From: a virus
Taxonomy: Duplodnaviria; Caudoviricetes
Strand: one strand, 5' to 3'
Length of the DNA stretch: 64,000 bases
Virus record (IMG/VR): IMGVR_UViG_3300005512_000001
Span: 277,435-341,434 of that record
Both the position numbers and the translations under genes were made by a program. Below, piece by piece: positions 36,294-45,094 of this stretch (positions are counted from its first letter, which is position 1; the number at the start of each line of letters is the position of its first letter). Below the pieces are notes generated by a model, which saw only the letters and a program-made list of their open reading frames with translations, was not told the origin of the DNA and made no database searches.

Positions 36294-36629
36294 ATGAACA
36301 AAATACCAATGACAAAATGGGAGACTGTTGCTTTTGTATTGTGGGTCCCTAGCGGCTTATCGGTGATTGGTGCGCCTATAATTTTTGGTATTTATTTTGG
36401 TGTAATACCTGCTGCAATTTCATTTGTTATCGCGATGTCTATTAGCCACTGGAGTTTTTATATGGGGGGCAGGTATGGCGATCGTTGTGAGAAGTTAAAG
36501 CGTGAACAGAAATTGCCCGAACCAAGACTTATACGAGAATACAACGATGATGGCGAATTTTACCATATGGTGCCAAATCCAAAATATAAGCCTAAACCAA
36601 AAGTCGAATCGCGAATATTAGAACTTTAA
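36294..36629 (+). CDS. Membrane protein
   Basis: Two hydrophobic helices. Confidence 0.6.
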   Translation: MNKIPMTKWETVAFVLWVPSGLSVIGAPIIFGIYFGVIPAAISFVIAMSISHWSFYMGGRYGDRCEKLKREQKLPEPRLIREYNDDGEFYHMVPNPKYKPKPKVESRILEL

Positions 36630-36665
36630 TCAGTCTATAATTGAATAAACCCGATTATAGGCTTT

Positions 36666-36738
36666 GTGGCCGTAGCTTAATTGGTAAAGCACAGCACTGT
36701 GAATGCTGGGAGTGTCGGTTCAAACCCGATCGGCCACC
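36666..36738 (+). tRNA. tRNA-His(GTG), no encoded G-1
   Basis: Cloverleaf, C73; base -1 is T. Confidence 0.9.
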
Positions 36739-36916
36739 TTATGACTGACCCGAACAAATACGCTGATACATGCCGCCCGATATTACTTGGAGATATAGCA
36801 TATCCCAGATAGCTGTTAGTGTGCTTATTAAAAAGGTTGGCGATGGTTATGTGCGGTGGTCACGCCCGCACGCTAGTAATTAACTGCTAAAGATGCGATT
36901 AGACAGGAGTCTCGAC

Positions 36917-37108
36917 ATGGAGTTGATGTTCAGTGATGGCAAACTCTTTTTGACGGCGGAAAACGCCGAGGAAGAGGGTCAGATTAATGCAATGCACCGT
37001 ATGATCACCGAGAGTTATAAAGACCAAGGTTCTGCTCTCGGAACTACAACAGATATTGATAGTGGTCGGCCCCGGCTGATTGTTTGGGCCGGATGTTATT
37101 GTGAATAA
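36917..37108 (+). CDS. Small hypothetical protein
   Basis: RBS AGGAG. Confidence 0.55.
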   Translation: MELMFSDGKLFLTAENAEEEGQINAMHRMITESYKDQGSALGTTTDIDSGRPRLIVWAGCYCE

Positions 37109-37191
37109 GCCCCTGTGATGGAATGGCAGACATGCCAGTTTCAAACACTGGTGTCCATTAGGACGTGTGGGTTCGACTCCCACCGGGGGTA
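37109..37191 (+). tRNA. tRNA-Leu(CAA)
   Basis: Cloverleaf, long variable arm. Confidence 0.9.
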
Positions 37192-37327
37192 GTTTTTGTG
37201 CTAGACACGCCGTGGCACAACCCTTATGAGGGCCGCATAGGTTCACTACCATAAGGAAATAACGATGCCCACGATACCTCAGAAATATACTGGTAAAGCG
37301 CAATGTATTGAGCCCGAACATGTAGCA

Positions 37328-37717
37328 ATGAATATTGGTATCGACATTGACTACACGATCACAGAGATACCGTGGTTCTTCGCGATCTTGTCTAATGCGA
37401 TGCGAGTGGCCGGTCATAAAATCTTCGTTGTATCTTATCGTGAGGAAGAAGATAGAGCGGAGACCGAACAGCTACTAAAAACTCTCGGCATAGAATATGA
37501 TAGCCTACATCTCGGCGTCGGCCAAGAAACATTATCTAAGTTCAAAGGCCGAATGGCGAAGGAATTAGATATTGATGTCTTCTTCGACGATATGCCAGAA
37601 GCTTTTGTTGATATGCCTGATAAAGTTAAGCGAATGTGGTTGTGTAGTCCATCAGTCTATAATCTCAAAGCTGTAGTCAGTAAACTCATTGAGGTTATAG
37701 ATTTTGGCGGCGATTGA
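37328..37717 (+). CDS. HAD-superfamily phosphatase
   Basis: IGIDIDYT, VVSYR, K, FFDD. Confidence 0.75.
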   Translation: MNIGIDIDYTITEIPWFFAILSNAMRVAGHKIFVVSYREEEDRAETEQLLKTLGIEYDSLHLGVGQETLSKFKGRMAKELDIDVFFDDMPEAFVDMPDKVKRMWLCSPSVYNLKAVVSKLIEVIDFGGD

Positions 37718-38485
37718 TTCTACTACACCATAAGCAGGTACTAATCCTCTAGTAGTAGAGACCCCTAGGTCAAACAAGACATAATTACCATCCCGGTCTT
37801 TGCCAAGATTATCTGGTTGAACGTCGTAGAATCTTATTCCTGCTTCGTAATATAGGCGAAGTACGGCTTTGATGATGTCTCTGGCAATCATTAGAGCGGC
37901 TTTAGATTCTCCAAAACCGGCAACCTCTTTAAGTGCTATCTTAGCTAGTTGTGTGGATAACCGGTCTAAGTTATTTTCGGTGTATGGGGTCTTATCCATA
38001 ATAGCGATTAGACCTATACCTCGTCTATGTGCGGGGCTCTCTTCCCTATGATAGTAATCAATTAGGAATTCACCTATTATATTAGCGATGGCTCTTTCCT
38101 CATGTGTGAGGTTGGTACCTTGTAGTTCTTGGATTATGACGTATAATTGGGAGTCAAAGCCTTCGAATTGGCCTAGTTTAACGAGCTTTCCGAATTTACC
38201 GACATGGATAATTGGATTTACACCTTGCACCGCACGTTCCATAAGACGCATAGATGCTTTTGCTTCGGCGTCGTCCTCTGTGAATTTCACTACTACTTTG
38301 CCGTCGCTATAAGCAGCACCCTGTGTTCCGGCTCCAAGTAGATATAATTTATCAATATTAACGCCAAACCGCTTGAGGTAATCCCCTAAACCAGGAAATT
38401 CCTGGCGTAATACTTCAAGTAAATTGTCGGTTTTGCTGGTAGCTTCAAGAATGATATCGATGCGTTTTGAGAATAATGTGCCCAT
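37652..38485 (-). CDS. Protein-kinase-like enzyme
   Basis: LGAGTQGAAY, VVKFT, DVQPDNLG, VLFDLG. Confidence 0.75.
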   Translation of the reverse strand: MGTLFSKRIDIILEATSKTDNLLEVLRQEFPGLGDYLKRFGVNIDKLYLLGAGTQGAAYSDGKVVVKFTEDDAEAKASMRLMERAVQGVNPIIHVGKFGKLVKLGQFEGFDSQLYVIIQELQGTNLTHEERAIANIIGEFLIDYYHREESPAHRRGIGLIAIMDKTPYTENNLDRLSTQLAKIALKEVAGFGESKAALMIARDIIKAVLRLYYEAGIRFYDVQPDNLGKDRDGNYVLFDLGVSTTRGLVPAYGVVESIAAKIYNLNEFTDYSFEIID

Positions 38486-38505
38486 GATATTATATATTTG
38501 TATAA

Positions 38506-38587
38506 GCCCCTGTGGCGGAATGGCAGACGCACGGCCCTTAAAAGGCCGGGTCCATAGGACGTGTGGGTTCGACTCCCACCGGGGGTA
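38506..38587 (+). tRNA. tRNA-Leu(TAA)
   Basis: Cloverleaf, long variable arm. Confidence 0.9.
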
Positions 38588-38603
38588 GTAGATGTATTTT
38601 ACC

Positions 38604-38676
38604 GCTAACGTAGCTCAACTGGTAGAGCACGGATTTCGTAAATCCGAGGTTGTGGGTTCGAATCCCACTGTTAGCT
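38604..38676 (+). tRNA. tRNA-Thr(CGT)
   Basis: Cloverleaf. Confidence 0.9.
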
Positions 38677-38679
38677 TTT

Positions 38680-38779
38680 GCCGCCATAGTTCCAATGGTA
38701 GAATGCGCCCATTAAGCAAGCCTAACAAGAAGTGGCGATAGTCGGGGTGAGGTTGCGGGTTCGAATCCCGCTGGTGGCT
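38680..38779 (+). ncRNA. tRNA-like RNA with 34-nt anticodon loop
   Basis: Intact acceptor, D, T arms and CGCCC/GGGTG stem enclosing 38711-38744. Confidence 0.75.
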
Positions 38780-38799
38780 TAGAGAAAATATAAATTATT

Positions 38800-38871
38800 G
38801 CCGATGTAACTCAGTGGTAGAGTGCGTTCTTGGTAAGAACGAAGCCATGGGTTCAAATCCCATCATCGGCT
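38800..38871 (+). tRNA. tRNA-Thr(GGT)
   Basis: Cloverleaf. Confidence 0.9.
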
Positions 38872-38872
38872 T

Positions 38873-38946
38873 GGGCCTTTAGCTCAGTTGGTCAGAGCAG
38901 CGCACTCATAATGCGTCGGTCGTAGGTTCAAGTCCTACAAGGCCCA
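38873..38946 (+). tRNA. tRNA-Ile2(CAT), probable lysidine type
   Basis: Cloverleaf, CT-CAT-AA, Ile-like GGGCCTT acceptor. Confidence 0.8.
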
Positions 38947-38951
38947 TTTTT

Positions 38952-39025
38952 AGACCTGTAGCTCAATTGGTCAGAGCATACCCCTTATAAGGGTAAGGTT
39001 GGCGGTTCGAATCCGCCTAGGTCTA
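38952..39025 (+). tRNA. tRNA-Ile(TAT)
   Basis: Cloverleaf, loop CT-TAT-AA. Confidence 0.85.
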
Positions 39026-39050
39026 TTTGCCAGCATAGCTCAATGGTAAC

Positions 39051-39135
39051 GCCGGGATCGCATAGTGGCCGATTGCACTGGTTTTGTAAACCAGAGGGCG
39101 TGTGCCCCGCGTGGGTTCGAATCCCACTCTCGGCT
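39051..39135 (+). tRNA. tRNA-Thr(TGT) with long variable arm
   Basis: Loop TT-TGT-AA; GGGC-GTGT-GCCC variable stem. Confidence 0.8.
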
Positions 39136-39184
39136 TTCATAAGATAATGACCTGAATTGAATGCTGGAAGAATGAGGTCAAATA

Positions 39185-39415
39185 ATGGTACTCCCAAAAT
39201 TTACAGGTACGAACATCATAACTTGGAATTCCACTACTGCTAGTAGCACGGGTGCAACCTCGGCAGGATATGAAATTCATATAGATGCTGCTTCGGGTAC
39301 AGATACAGGGGTATTGATTGTGTATTATAGTAATGAAGTGGAACCTACAGAATCTACGGAACCTACGGAACCTATAGAATCAATCAAACGCGAGCGACGA
39401 ATATTGGAGATATGA
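39185..39415 (+). CDS. Hypothetical protein
   Basis: RBS GAGG; EPT repeats. Confidence 0.5.
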   Translation: MVLPKFTGTNIITWNSTTASSTGATSAGYEIHIDAASGTDTGVLIVYYSNEVEPTESTEPTEPIESIKRERRILEI

Positions 39416-39918
39416 TGCAGAAAACGTTTGTGATGATTAAGCCTGATGCAGTGCAACGTGGTTTGGTTGGTGAGATAATCACAAGGTTTGAAAATAAAGG
39501 TCTAAAGCTGGTCGGACTTAAATTAATGCTGGTTGACACCGATGCTGCAAAACGATTGTATAAATACCATAAAGGCCGATCATATTACGACGACCTTATA
39601 GCCTTCACAACATCGTCGCCAGTGGTGGTAATTGTCTTAGAGGGAAACGATGTGGTACGAGTCGTTAGGCGGATGCTCGGAGATACTAGTGGCGTCGATG
39701 CCTCTGCTGGCACTATTCGTGGCGACTATAGTGTTAGCCGCACTAATAGAAATTTAGTACACGCATCAGATAGTGTTAAATGTGCTAAATTCGAATTTGA
39801 AATATTCTTTGACGATTTATTAGAATACACAAAATGTAATGAGCAGTGGTTGTATTCTGATAAAGATAAAGGTGTTTTAGAGTTAGGCCAGAAGCCTGTC
39901 GAGCCGGTGCAGGAATAA
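39412..39918 (+). CDS. ndk: Nucleoside diphosphate kinase
   Basis: TFVMIKPDAVQRGLVGEII, GTIRGD, NLVHASDS. Confidence 0.95.
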   Translation: MMQKTFVMIKPDAVQRGLVGEIITRFENKGLKLVGLKLMLVDTDAAKRLYKYHKGRSYYDDLIAFTTSSPVVVIVLEGNDVVRVVRRMLGDTSGVDASAGTIRGDYSVSRTNRNLVHASDSVKCAKFEFEIFFDDLLEYTKCNEQWLYSDKDKGVLELGQKPVEPVQE

Positions 39919-40017
39919 ATAACGCCACAGGTCGGAATTCGTTTCGATCGCAAGTTGATATCCTCTTTAGGATGAAGATTAGGCACAGACTGCGGTCTGG
40001 TGGCAACCGGCTAACTT

Positions 40018-40115
40018 TCCACTATAGTGAAAGGGTATCACGCTTAGCTGTTAACTAAGTAAGCTGTTAACTTTGTGGGTATTACCCTTCGTAGGTTCGA
40101 TTCCTACCCCTAGTG
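40018..40115 (+). pseudogene. Chimeric tRNA-Asn with two tandem GTT anticodon arms
   Basis: CTTAG-CTGTTAA-CTAAG then AAG-CTGTTAA-CTT, variable stem, T arm. Confidence 0.7.
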
Positions 40116-40163
40116 TTTGGGTGTTAGTGGCAAATATAGGTTAACAACCCTAGGAGACCTAAT

Positions 40164-40514
40164 ATGCCGCATAAGACCCCAGAAGCACGTAAAGCCTACA
40201 TGGATAAGTATAACAAACGACGTTATGCAGATCCAGAGTGGTCACATAAGCAATATTTGAGAGTTAAAAACCGCAAAGAGAAAGTAAACAGATGGTATAA
40301 AGCGAAGAAGGAACAACTAAAGTGTAAATGTGGTGAAGATCATATTTCATGCATTGAATTTCATCACCGCAACCCAGGCGAGAAGGAGATTAATTTAAGT
40401 TATGCTGTATGGAGAGGCTGGAGTATTCAACGTATTGAACGCGAAATAGCGAAATGCGATGTGATGTGCTCCAACTGCCATAAAAAGTTGCATTTTAAAC
40501 TCAAGGAGATATAA
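40164..40514 (+). CDS. HNH-type endonuclease
   Basis: CKCGE..CIEFHH..KCDVMCSNCH. Confidence 0.8.
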   Translation: MPHKTPEARKAYMDKYNKRRYADPEWSHKQYLRVKNRKEKVNRWYKAKKEQLKCKCGEDHISCIEFHHRNPGEKEINLSYAVWRGWSIQRIEREIAKCDVMCSNCHKKLHFKLKEI

Positions 40515-40781
40515 GTGGCGAATTTTAAAATCAATATGGATGATGAAAACCGCAAAAATCTTGCTGCTGCTATTAAAGAAGAAGCAGCAAGAATCGCGGT
40601 TCCTGAAGAATGTAAAAACGCGGCCGACCGGCTGGGCTTGGACCCATCTAAATTAGATATAAAGATTATTAGTTGTGATGGCAAAGATGTAGAATTTTCT
40701 ATGGCTGGTGCTACAACTAAAGAATTACAACAAATATCGGAAAATATGCGGCCTATAAGAATAGACATAAGTATAAAATAA
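40515..40781 (+). CDS. Hypothetical protein
   Basis: RBS AAGGAG, GTG start. Confidence 0.55.
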   Translation: MANFKINMDDENRKNLAAAIKEEAARIAVPEECKNAADRLGLDPSKLDIKIISCDGKDVEFSMAGATTKELQQISENMRPIRIDISIK

Positions 40782-40790
40782 ATAAAATAA

Positions 40791-40864
40791 TCTCCCGTAG
40801 CTCAATTGGTAGAGCGCGCGGCTGTTAACCGCGAAGTTGTAAGGTTCGAGTCCTACCGGGAGAG
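40791..40864 (+). tRNA. tRNA-Asn(GTT)
   Basis: Cloverleaf. Confidence 0.88.
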
Positions 40865-40883
40865 TTTCAAATAAGGAGCGAGC

Positions 40884-41072
40884 ATGTACAAGGTGAATGT
40901 TAACTGCTCTAATTGTGGATTTTCTGGAGAAGCTAGTTTCAGGAAAGGAAATCCTATCTCATCCGAAGAATGTCCCGTTTGTGGGTGTGTTAGACTATCT
41001 CTACCCCCGAAGCCAAAACGTATTGCCTGTGAGGGTGATCTCGACCGTATTGCCATAGAAAATGGGATGTAA
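40884..41072 (+). CDS. Zn-ribbon protein
   Basis: CSNCG..CPVCG; RBS AAGGAG. Confidence 0.6.
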   Translation: MYKVNVNCSNCGFSGEASFRKGNPISSEECPVCGCVRLSLPPKPKRIACEGDLDRIAIENGM

Positions 41073-41290
41073 TGGCTGCAGTAAGATGCAACAACCCAGA
41101 ATGTTTGGGCATCTTCATAATGATTGATGGGCCGGATTTTAACGACTCGGATGGTGCAGAAATCGCGATCATCCCCAAGGCTTGTCCTTATTGTGCTCAG
41201 AGCAATAATTTTAGTATCCGAACTGGTGTGGTGGACTTGGAAAATGCAATATTGATATTCGGCGAGGAAGAAAGAGAAGAAAGTCAATGA
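41072..41290 (+). CDS. Zn-ribbon protein
   Basis: CNNPEC..CPYC. Confidence 0.55.
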   Translation: MAAVRCNNPECLGIFIMIDGPDFNDSDGAEIAIIPKACPYCAQSNNFSIRTGVVDLENAILIFGEEEREESQ

Positions 41291-41649
41291 ACCTTATGAA
41301 CTATCAATCATCTATGCCAATACAGATAGAGATTCTACACAAACTGCAAGGATGGATAGATAAGCACCCAGATGAGACTATGATTGTGCCTAATCATATT
41401 GCCCACGAAATAGATGTTTCTGCACTAGAGTTGGTGCATGTGATGCATAGGTTGATAATGCACGGTGTGGTTCGCGGGTCTTATCGAATCCGCCATGGTG
41501 AAACTCTTCTAGATACAGATTATGATTCTATACGAGAGATTCCCGACGAATTTTGCGATGAAACCGGCCAGAAGTTCAGCTTAGATGGCCCGAATATTGG
41601 GATTATTCCTGTCTACCACCTAAAGAACGACAGAAATAGTGATAAATAG
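41287..41649 (+). CDS. Hypothetical protein
   Basis: ATGA-coupled ORF. Confidence 0.55.
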   Translation: MNLMNYQSSMPIQIEILHKLQGWIDKHPDETMIVPNHIAHEIDVSALELVHVMHRLIMHGVVRGSYRIRHGETLLDTDYDSIREIPDEFCDETGQKFSLDGPNIGIIPVYHLKNDRNSDK

Positions 41650-41654
41650 AACAA

Positions 41655-41725
41655 TACCTGGTAGTATAATAGCAACACAGGAGATTCTGGTTCTCCTATT
41701 CCAGATTCGAGTCCTGGTCGGGTAA
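41655..41725 (+). tRNA. tRNA-Gln(CTG), degenerate
   Basis: Loop TT-CTG-GT; D-loop GG lost. Confidence 0.6.
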
Positions 41726-41736
41726 CAAGGTGAATA

Positions 41737-42090
41737 ATGAACGATCGATGCGAAGAATGCGGGGCAGAGCTTGTCTTCGCAAGTCCGGATAACCATTTTC
41801 AAGCTGAGCAATATGAATGTCCGTTATGTAAAGCTAATGATGAAATTAAGCGGTTACGAGCACTCCATGTGAGTGCTCGGGAAAGTATAATCAAACAAGT
41901 GGTTGATGTGCTTATAGAACAAGGCCAGTTGATGGGGTCGGAACCAAAGAAAACCTGCAAACCAATCCACGGGAACTGCTGCACATGCCAGGAATGTGGC
42001 ATGGCCCATGATGACTGTGTTTGTGAGCATAACGAGTTGCTTCGCGCAATACTCGATCTAACCAAAAACGCGCCGCGAAGTGCGAAGTGA
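41737..42090 (+). CDS. Cys-rich hypothetical protein
   Basis: CEECG, CPLC, CCTCQEC. Confidence 0.55.
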   Translation: MNDRCEECGAELVFASPDNHFQAEQYECPLCKANDEIKRLRALHVSARESIIKQVVDVLIEQGQLMGSEPKKTCKPIHGNCCTCQECGMAHDDCVCEHNELLRAILDLTKNAPRSAK

Positions 42091-42530
42091 GAAGAGAAGG
42101 AAGCACAAATGCTAAGCAATCTATGTGAAACTTGTGTAAATGGTAGAGATTTATATGAAGGACAGAGATGTAACTGTTGTGGTAGGACTAAGATAAACTA
42201 CCCACAAACCAAAGAAGACGAAACACGATACTATCCCAATAACCAAAATTGTGGAGTGATACTTCAGTGGTCAAGCCAACTCCAACAGCCGCTGTTTTGT
42301 ATTTAGGGCCGTGCATCCCAGGTCACGACGTATGTGCATTACAAAATTTTGGGTGTGCGCCTGAGCCTACCGGCAGATGGAGTGTTGATAATAGATATGA
42401 TCTTCTGCTCCGCACACCAAAAGGAGTAATAGAATTTGGCATTGGGTGGTGGGTGGTAAAATATTCTGATGGCGAATTCTATCCGTGTAAGCCGAACGTA
42501 GTGCCTTGTATTGTGCCTGGAGATTAACAA

Positions 42531-42602
42531 GCGGGAGTAACTCAATTGGCAGAGTACCTGCCTTCCAAGCAGGAAGCGAGGGTTCAAATCCCTTCTCCCG
42601 TA
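42531..42602 (+). tRNA. tRNA-Gly(TCC)
   Basis: Cloverleaf. Confidence 0.88.
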
Positions 42603-42604
42603 TT

Positions 42605-43123
42605 ATGGCTATACCTATAATAACATCAAGTTCTTGGTTTGGTTACAGCTCGCCAAAATTCGAAATATATAGCAAACACACTAATCTTGAACCATATCGG
42701 CCCCATAAAATTTTCCGGGGTGGGGGGCCGGATTTCGATTCTGATCGCGTTATTTCGGCAGATAATCTTACTTATCTTATGGTACATACGTGGTTCAAGC
42801 GAGCTATTTGGAATTTCGTCGTAGATAGAATAGTCGCTATCAAAGATGATGGTGCAATTATTGACGCATGTAATCCAGAATCTGATATGATTTGGTTTAT
42901 GTTTAAATCGCAATCGCACGTATCAGAGAGGATTTGTTTCAACAAATACATCCCAAATATATGCAATGAATTTGTTTATAACGGCGGAGATATTGTGCCA
43001 TGCATAGCCTCCACCGGCCTGTCAGAGCACCACGTCAATGTGCACTCGATTTTATGTAAACCGGATAATGCCATGCACGAAGGTTTATATAGGAAAATTC
43101 GAGAATATTTAACGCGGATGTAG
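42605..43123 (+). CDS. Hypothetical protein
   Basis: ATG just after tRNA-Gly. Confidence 0.55.
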   Translation: MAIPIITSSSWFGYSSPKFEIYSKHTNLEPYRPHKIFRGGGPDFDSDRVISADNLTYLMVHTWFKRAIWNFVVDRIVAIKDDGAIIDACNPESDMIWFMFKSQSHVSERICFNKYIPNICNEFVYNGGDIVPCIASTGLSEHHVNVHSILCKPDNAMHEGLYRKIREYLTRM

Positions 43124-43178
43124 GCGGGCCGTAACTCGAATCTCCCTCAGCCGTATTACAGAAAAGATAGAATAGAAT

Positions 43179-44192
43179 ATGGTCAAGGAAAATGGATTCA
43201 CGCTAGTTGAAATGCTGGTTATAATAGTAATTATTGCACTGTTGTTGATGATTATTTTACCAGCAATGCATACAGCTAAAGAGCATACATACAATGCGAC
43301 ATGTCAATCGAACCTTCATCATTTATTTGAAATATTACACGCACCTTCAGAACCCGGTAAAATCCCAAATATGCCAAATTATAGAGGATGGATTCCAAAG
43401 GTCACCAATGTCGGCCCGGCCGGATTATTAATTTGCCCTAAAGATGATGTTGAGGACAGTGCTGCTGCTGTTGGGATAGATGGGGTTACAATTATAAGCC
43501 CTCCGCCATCGGTCGTTTTCAACAAATATGAAAGCAATACCATTATCCATGGTTTTATTGAACAAGATGGCTATGAATTACCATCTGCTGTTGCAGTAAA
43601 TATCTCCCAACCTGGACTATACACTTCTGGTTATGATTCTACTAGAACTACTATTCCAGCTGGCACGGTTGTTGATTCATATTTTGTGTTTTTTGACCCA
43701 GTTGGTAGCCAATATTCAACTTCAAGCGGCACTGTGACTTTGGCAGCGGATGTTTTAGGGCTGATTGTAAAATCTGGAGATTTGGACGCTAGCGATTCAA
43801 TCTTGGGCAGCCCTAACGTATTGTATCCAACCGGGCAAGGAGCAAGAGGTTTTGAGAGCGGGGCGGAGAGAGTGGAACTCGAAAATGACATGCGAACAAT
43901 AAAAATTCATCATTTTCAATCCACATTTCCTGGCGAAAATATGCGCATATTAACGATGCGTGGCGGCGTAGCTAGTTATGGGATGAATAAGCTTATGATG
44001 CCATCCGACACTCGACCCGGCCAGATATTACTAGTGGAATATGAATCAACAGTTGTCGACCCGCGTAGCGTAAACCACAAAAAGTCGATGCAGGCACGCC
44101 ACTTTGGTCGTGTTAATACTTTATATATCAGTGGCGATATCGAGAGCCTAGAGATAGATAGCATACAAGAGAAGGACTGGTTAGCAAGATAA
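43179..44192 (+). CDS. Prepilin-type N-methylation domain protein with H-X9-DG-like C-terminus (DUF1559-like)
   Basis: GFTLVEMLVIIVIIALLLMIILPA..CQSNL..SYGMN..RHFGRVNTLYISGDIE. Confidence 0.85.
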   Translation: MVKENGFTLVEMLVIIVIIALLLMIILPAMHTAKEHTYNATCQSNLHHLFEILHAPSEPGKIPNMPNYRGWIPKVTNVGPAGLLICPKDDVEDSAAAVGIDGVTIISPPPSVVFNKYESNTIIHGFIEQDGYELPSAVAVNISQPGLYTSGYDSTRTTIPAGTVVDSYFVFFDPVGSQYSTSSGTVTLAADVLGLIVKSGDLDASDSILGSPNVLYPTGQGARGFESGAERVELENDMRTIKIHHFQSTFPGENMRILTMRGGVASYGMNKLMMPSDTRPGQILLVEYESTVVDPRSVNHKKSMQARHFGRVNTLYISGDIESLEIDSIQEKDWLAR

Positions 44193-44196
44193 ATAT

Positions 44197-44269
44197 AACC
44201 CTGTAGCTCAATTGGCAGAGCGACTGGCTTTGACCCAGTAGGTCGCAGGTTCAAATCCTGCCAGGGTTG
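44197..44269 (+). tRNA. tRNA-Gln(TTG)
   Basis: Cloverleaf. Confidence 0.88.
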
Positions 44270-44317
44270 TTGCAGTATTGGTATCAAGAGCGACATGAAA
44301 GGCGGGTTGAAGCACCA

Positions 44318-44725
44318 ATGGCGAAGAAGATAGAAGCCTACCAATGCTCAGAATGCAACAAAACCTTCATCACAGAAGTTGATGCGGATTTCTGTCTGCT
44401 TAAACACGTTCGTGAAAGATGTATACGCCACCGTTGGGAAGCAGGGTGGGCATTGGGATTGATGGATTATACATTCGGATTCCATTGGAAGTTGACATCA
44501 AAACAACGAGATGTGCATAAAGACAATTGTTTTATAATTCCGTATTTACAGTGTTGTGACAAACCCGCTTATAGAATAAGACGTATTATGCCTGATGGCC
44601 AGATAGAGGTAGGCGGAATAGGAAGTTGGACAGGTTACTACACGTCTGTCGTGCGTATTGGGTGCCTGGAAGACCCAAGGCCGATAGAAGAACTTTATAA
44701 AGATGCACGTGCACTATCACATTAA
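44318..44725 (+). CDS. Hypothetical protein with C2H2-like N-terminus
   Basis: YQCSECNKTF..C..KH. Confidence 0.55.
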   Translation: MAKKIEAYQCSECNKTFITEVDADFCLLKHVRERCIRHRWEAGWALGLMDYTFGFHWKLTSKQRDVHKDNCFIIPYLQCCDKPAYRIRRIMPDGQIEVGGIGSWTGYYTSVVRIGCLEDPRPIEELYKDARALSH

Positions 44726-44729
44726 ATCT

Positions 44730-44804
44730 AGCGGTATGGCGAAGTGGAATTAACGCGGCGGATTGCAAATCCGTTATTCGTGGGTTCAAATCCCACTACC
44801 GCTT
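44730..44804 (+). tRNA. tRNA-Cys(GCA)
   Basis: Cloverleaf. Confidence 0.9.
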
Positions 44805-44829
44805 TTAACTTTACCACGAGGAGATTGCA

Positions 44830-45015
44830 TTGATTGGGATGGTCAACAAAACCAGGGCGCGACAATATATTATGGACCAAATTAAGAGGCAAGGACGCGA
44901 AGGTGTGATTACTCTTGTGGCAAAAGAGTTTTACGAAGAATTGGAAGGTGTGGTGAGGAGTCATATTAGGAAGAAGATACAATCTCATCCATCTGGATTT
45001 AAGAAATTACAATAA
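44830..45015 (+). CDS. Putative histone-fold small protein
   Basis: RBS GAGGAG; helix-loop-VAKEFYEELEGVVRSHI-HPSGFKKL pattern. Confidence 0.4.
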   Translation: MIGMVNKTRARQYIMDQIKRQGREGVITLVAKEFYEELEGVVRSHIRKKIQSHPSGFKKLQ

Positions 45016-45020
45016 TGCAA

Positions 45021-45094
45021 AGACCTGTAGCTCAATTGGTAGAGCATGCGGCTCTGAACCGCAAGGTTTGTAGGTTCGAACCCTACCAGGTCTT
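45021..45094 (+). tRNA. tRNA with CTG anticodon (Gln)
   Basis: Cloverleaf; 5' 20 nt identical to tRNA-Ile(TAT). Confidence 0.8.
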
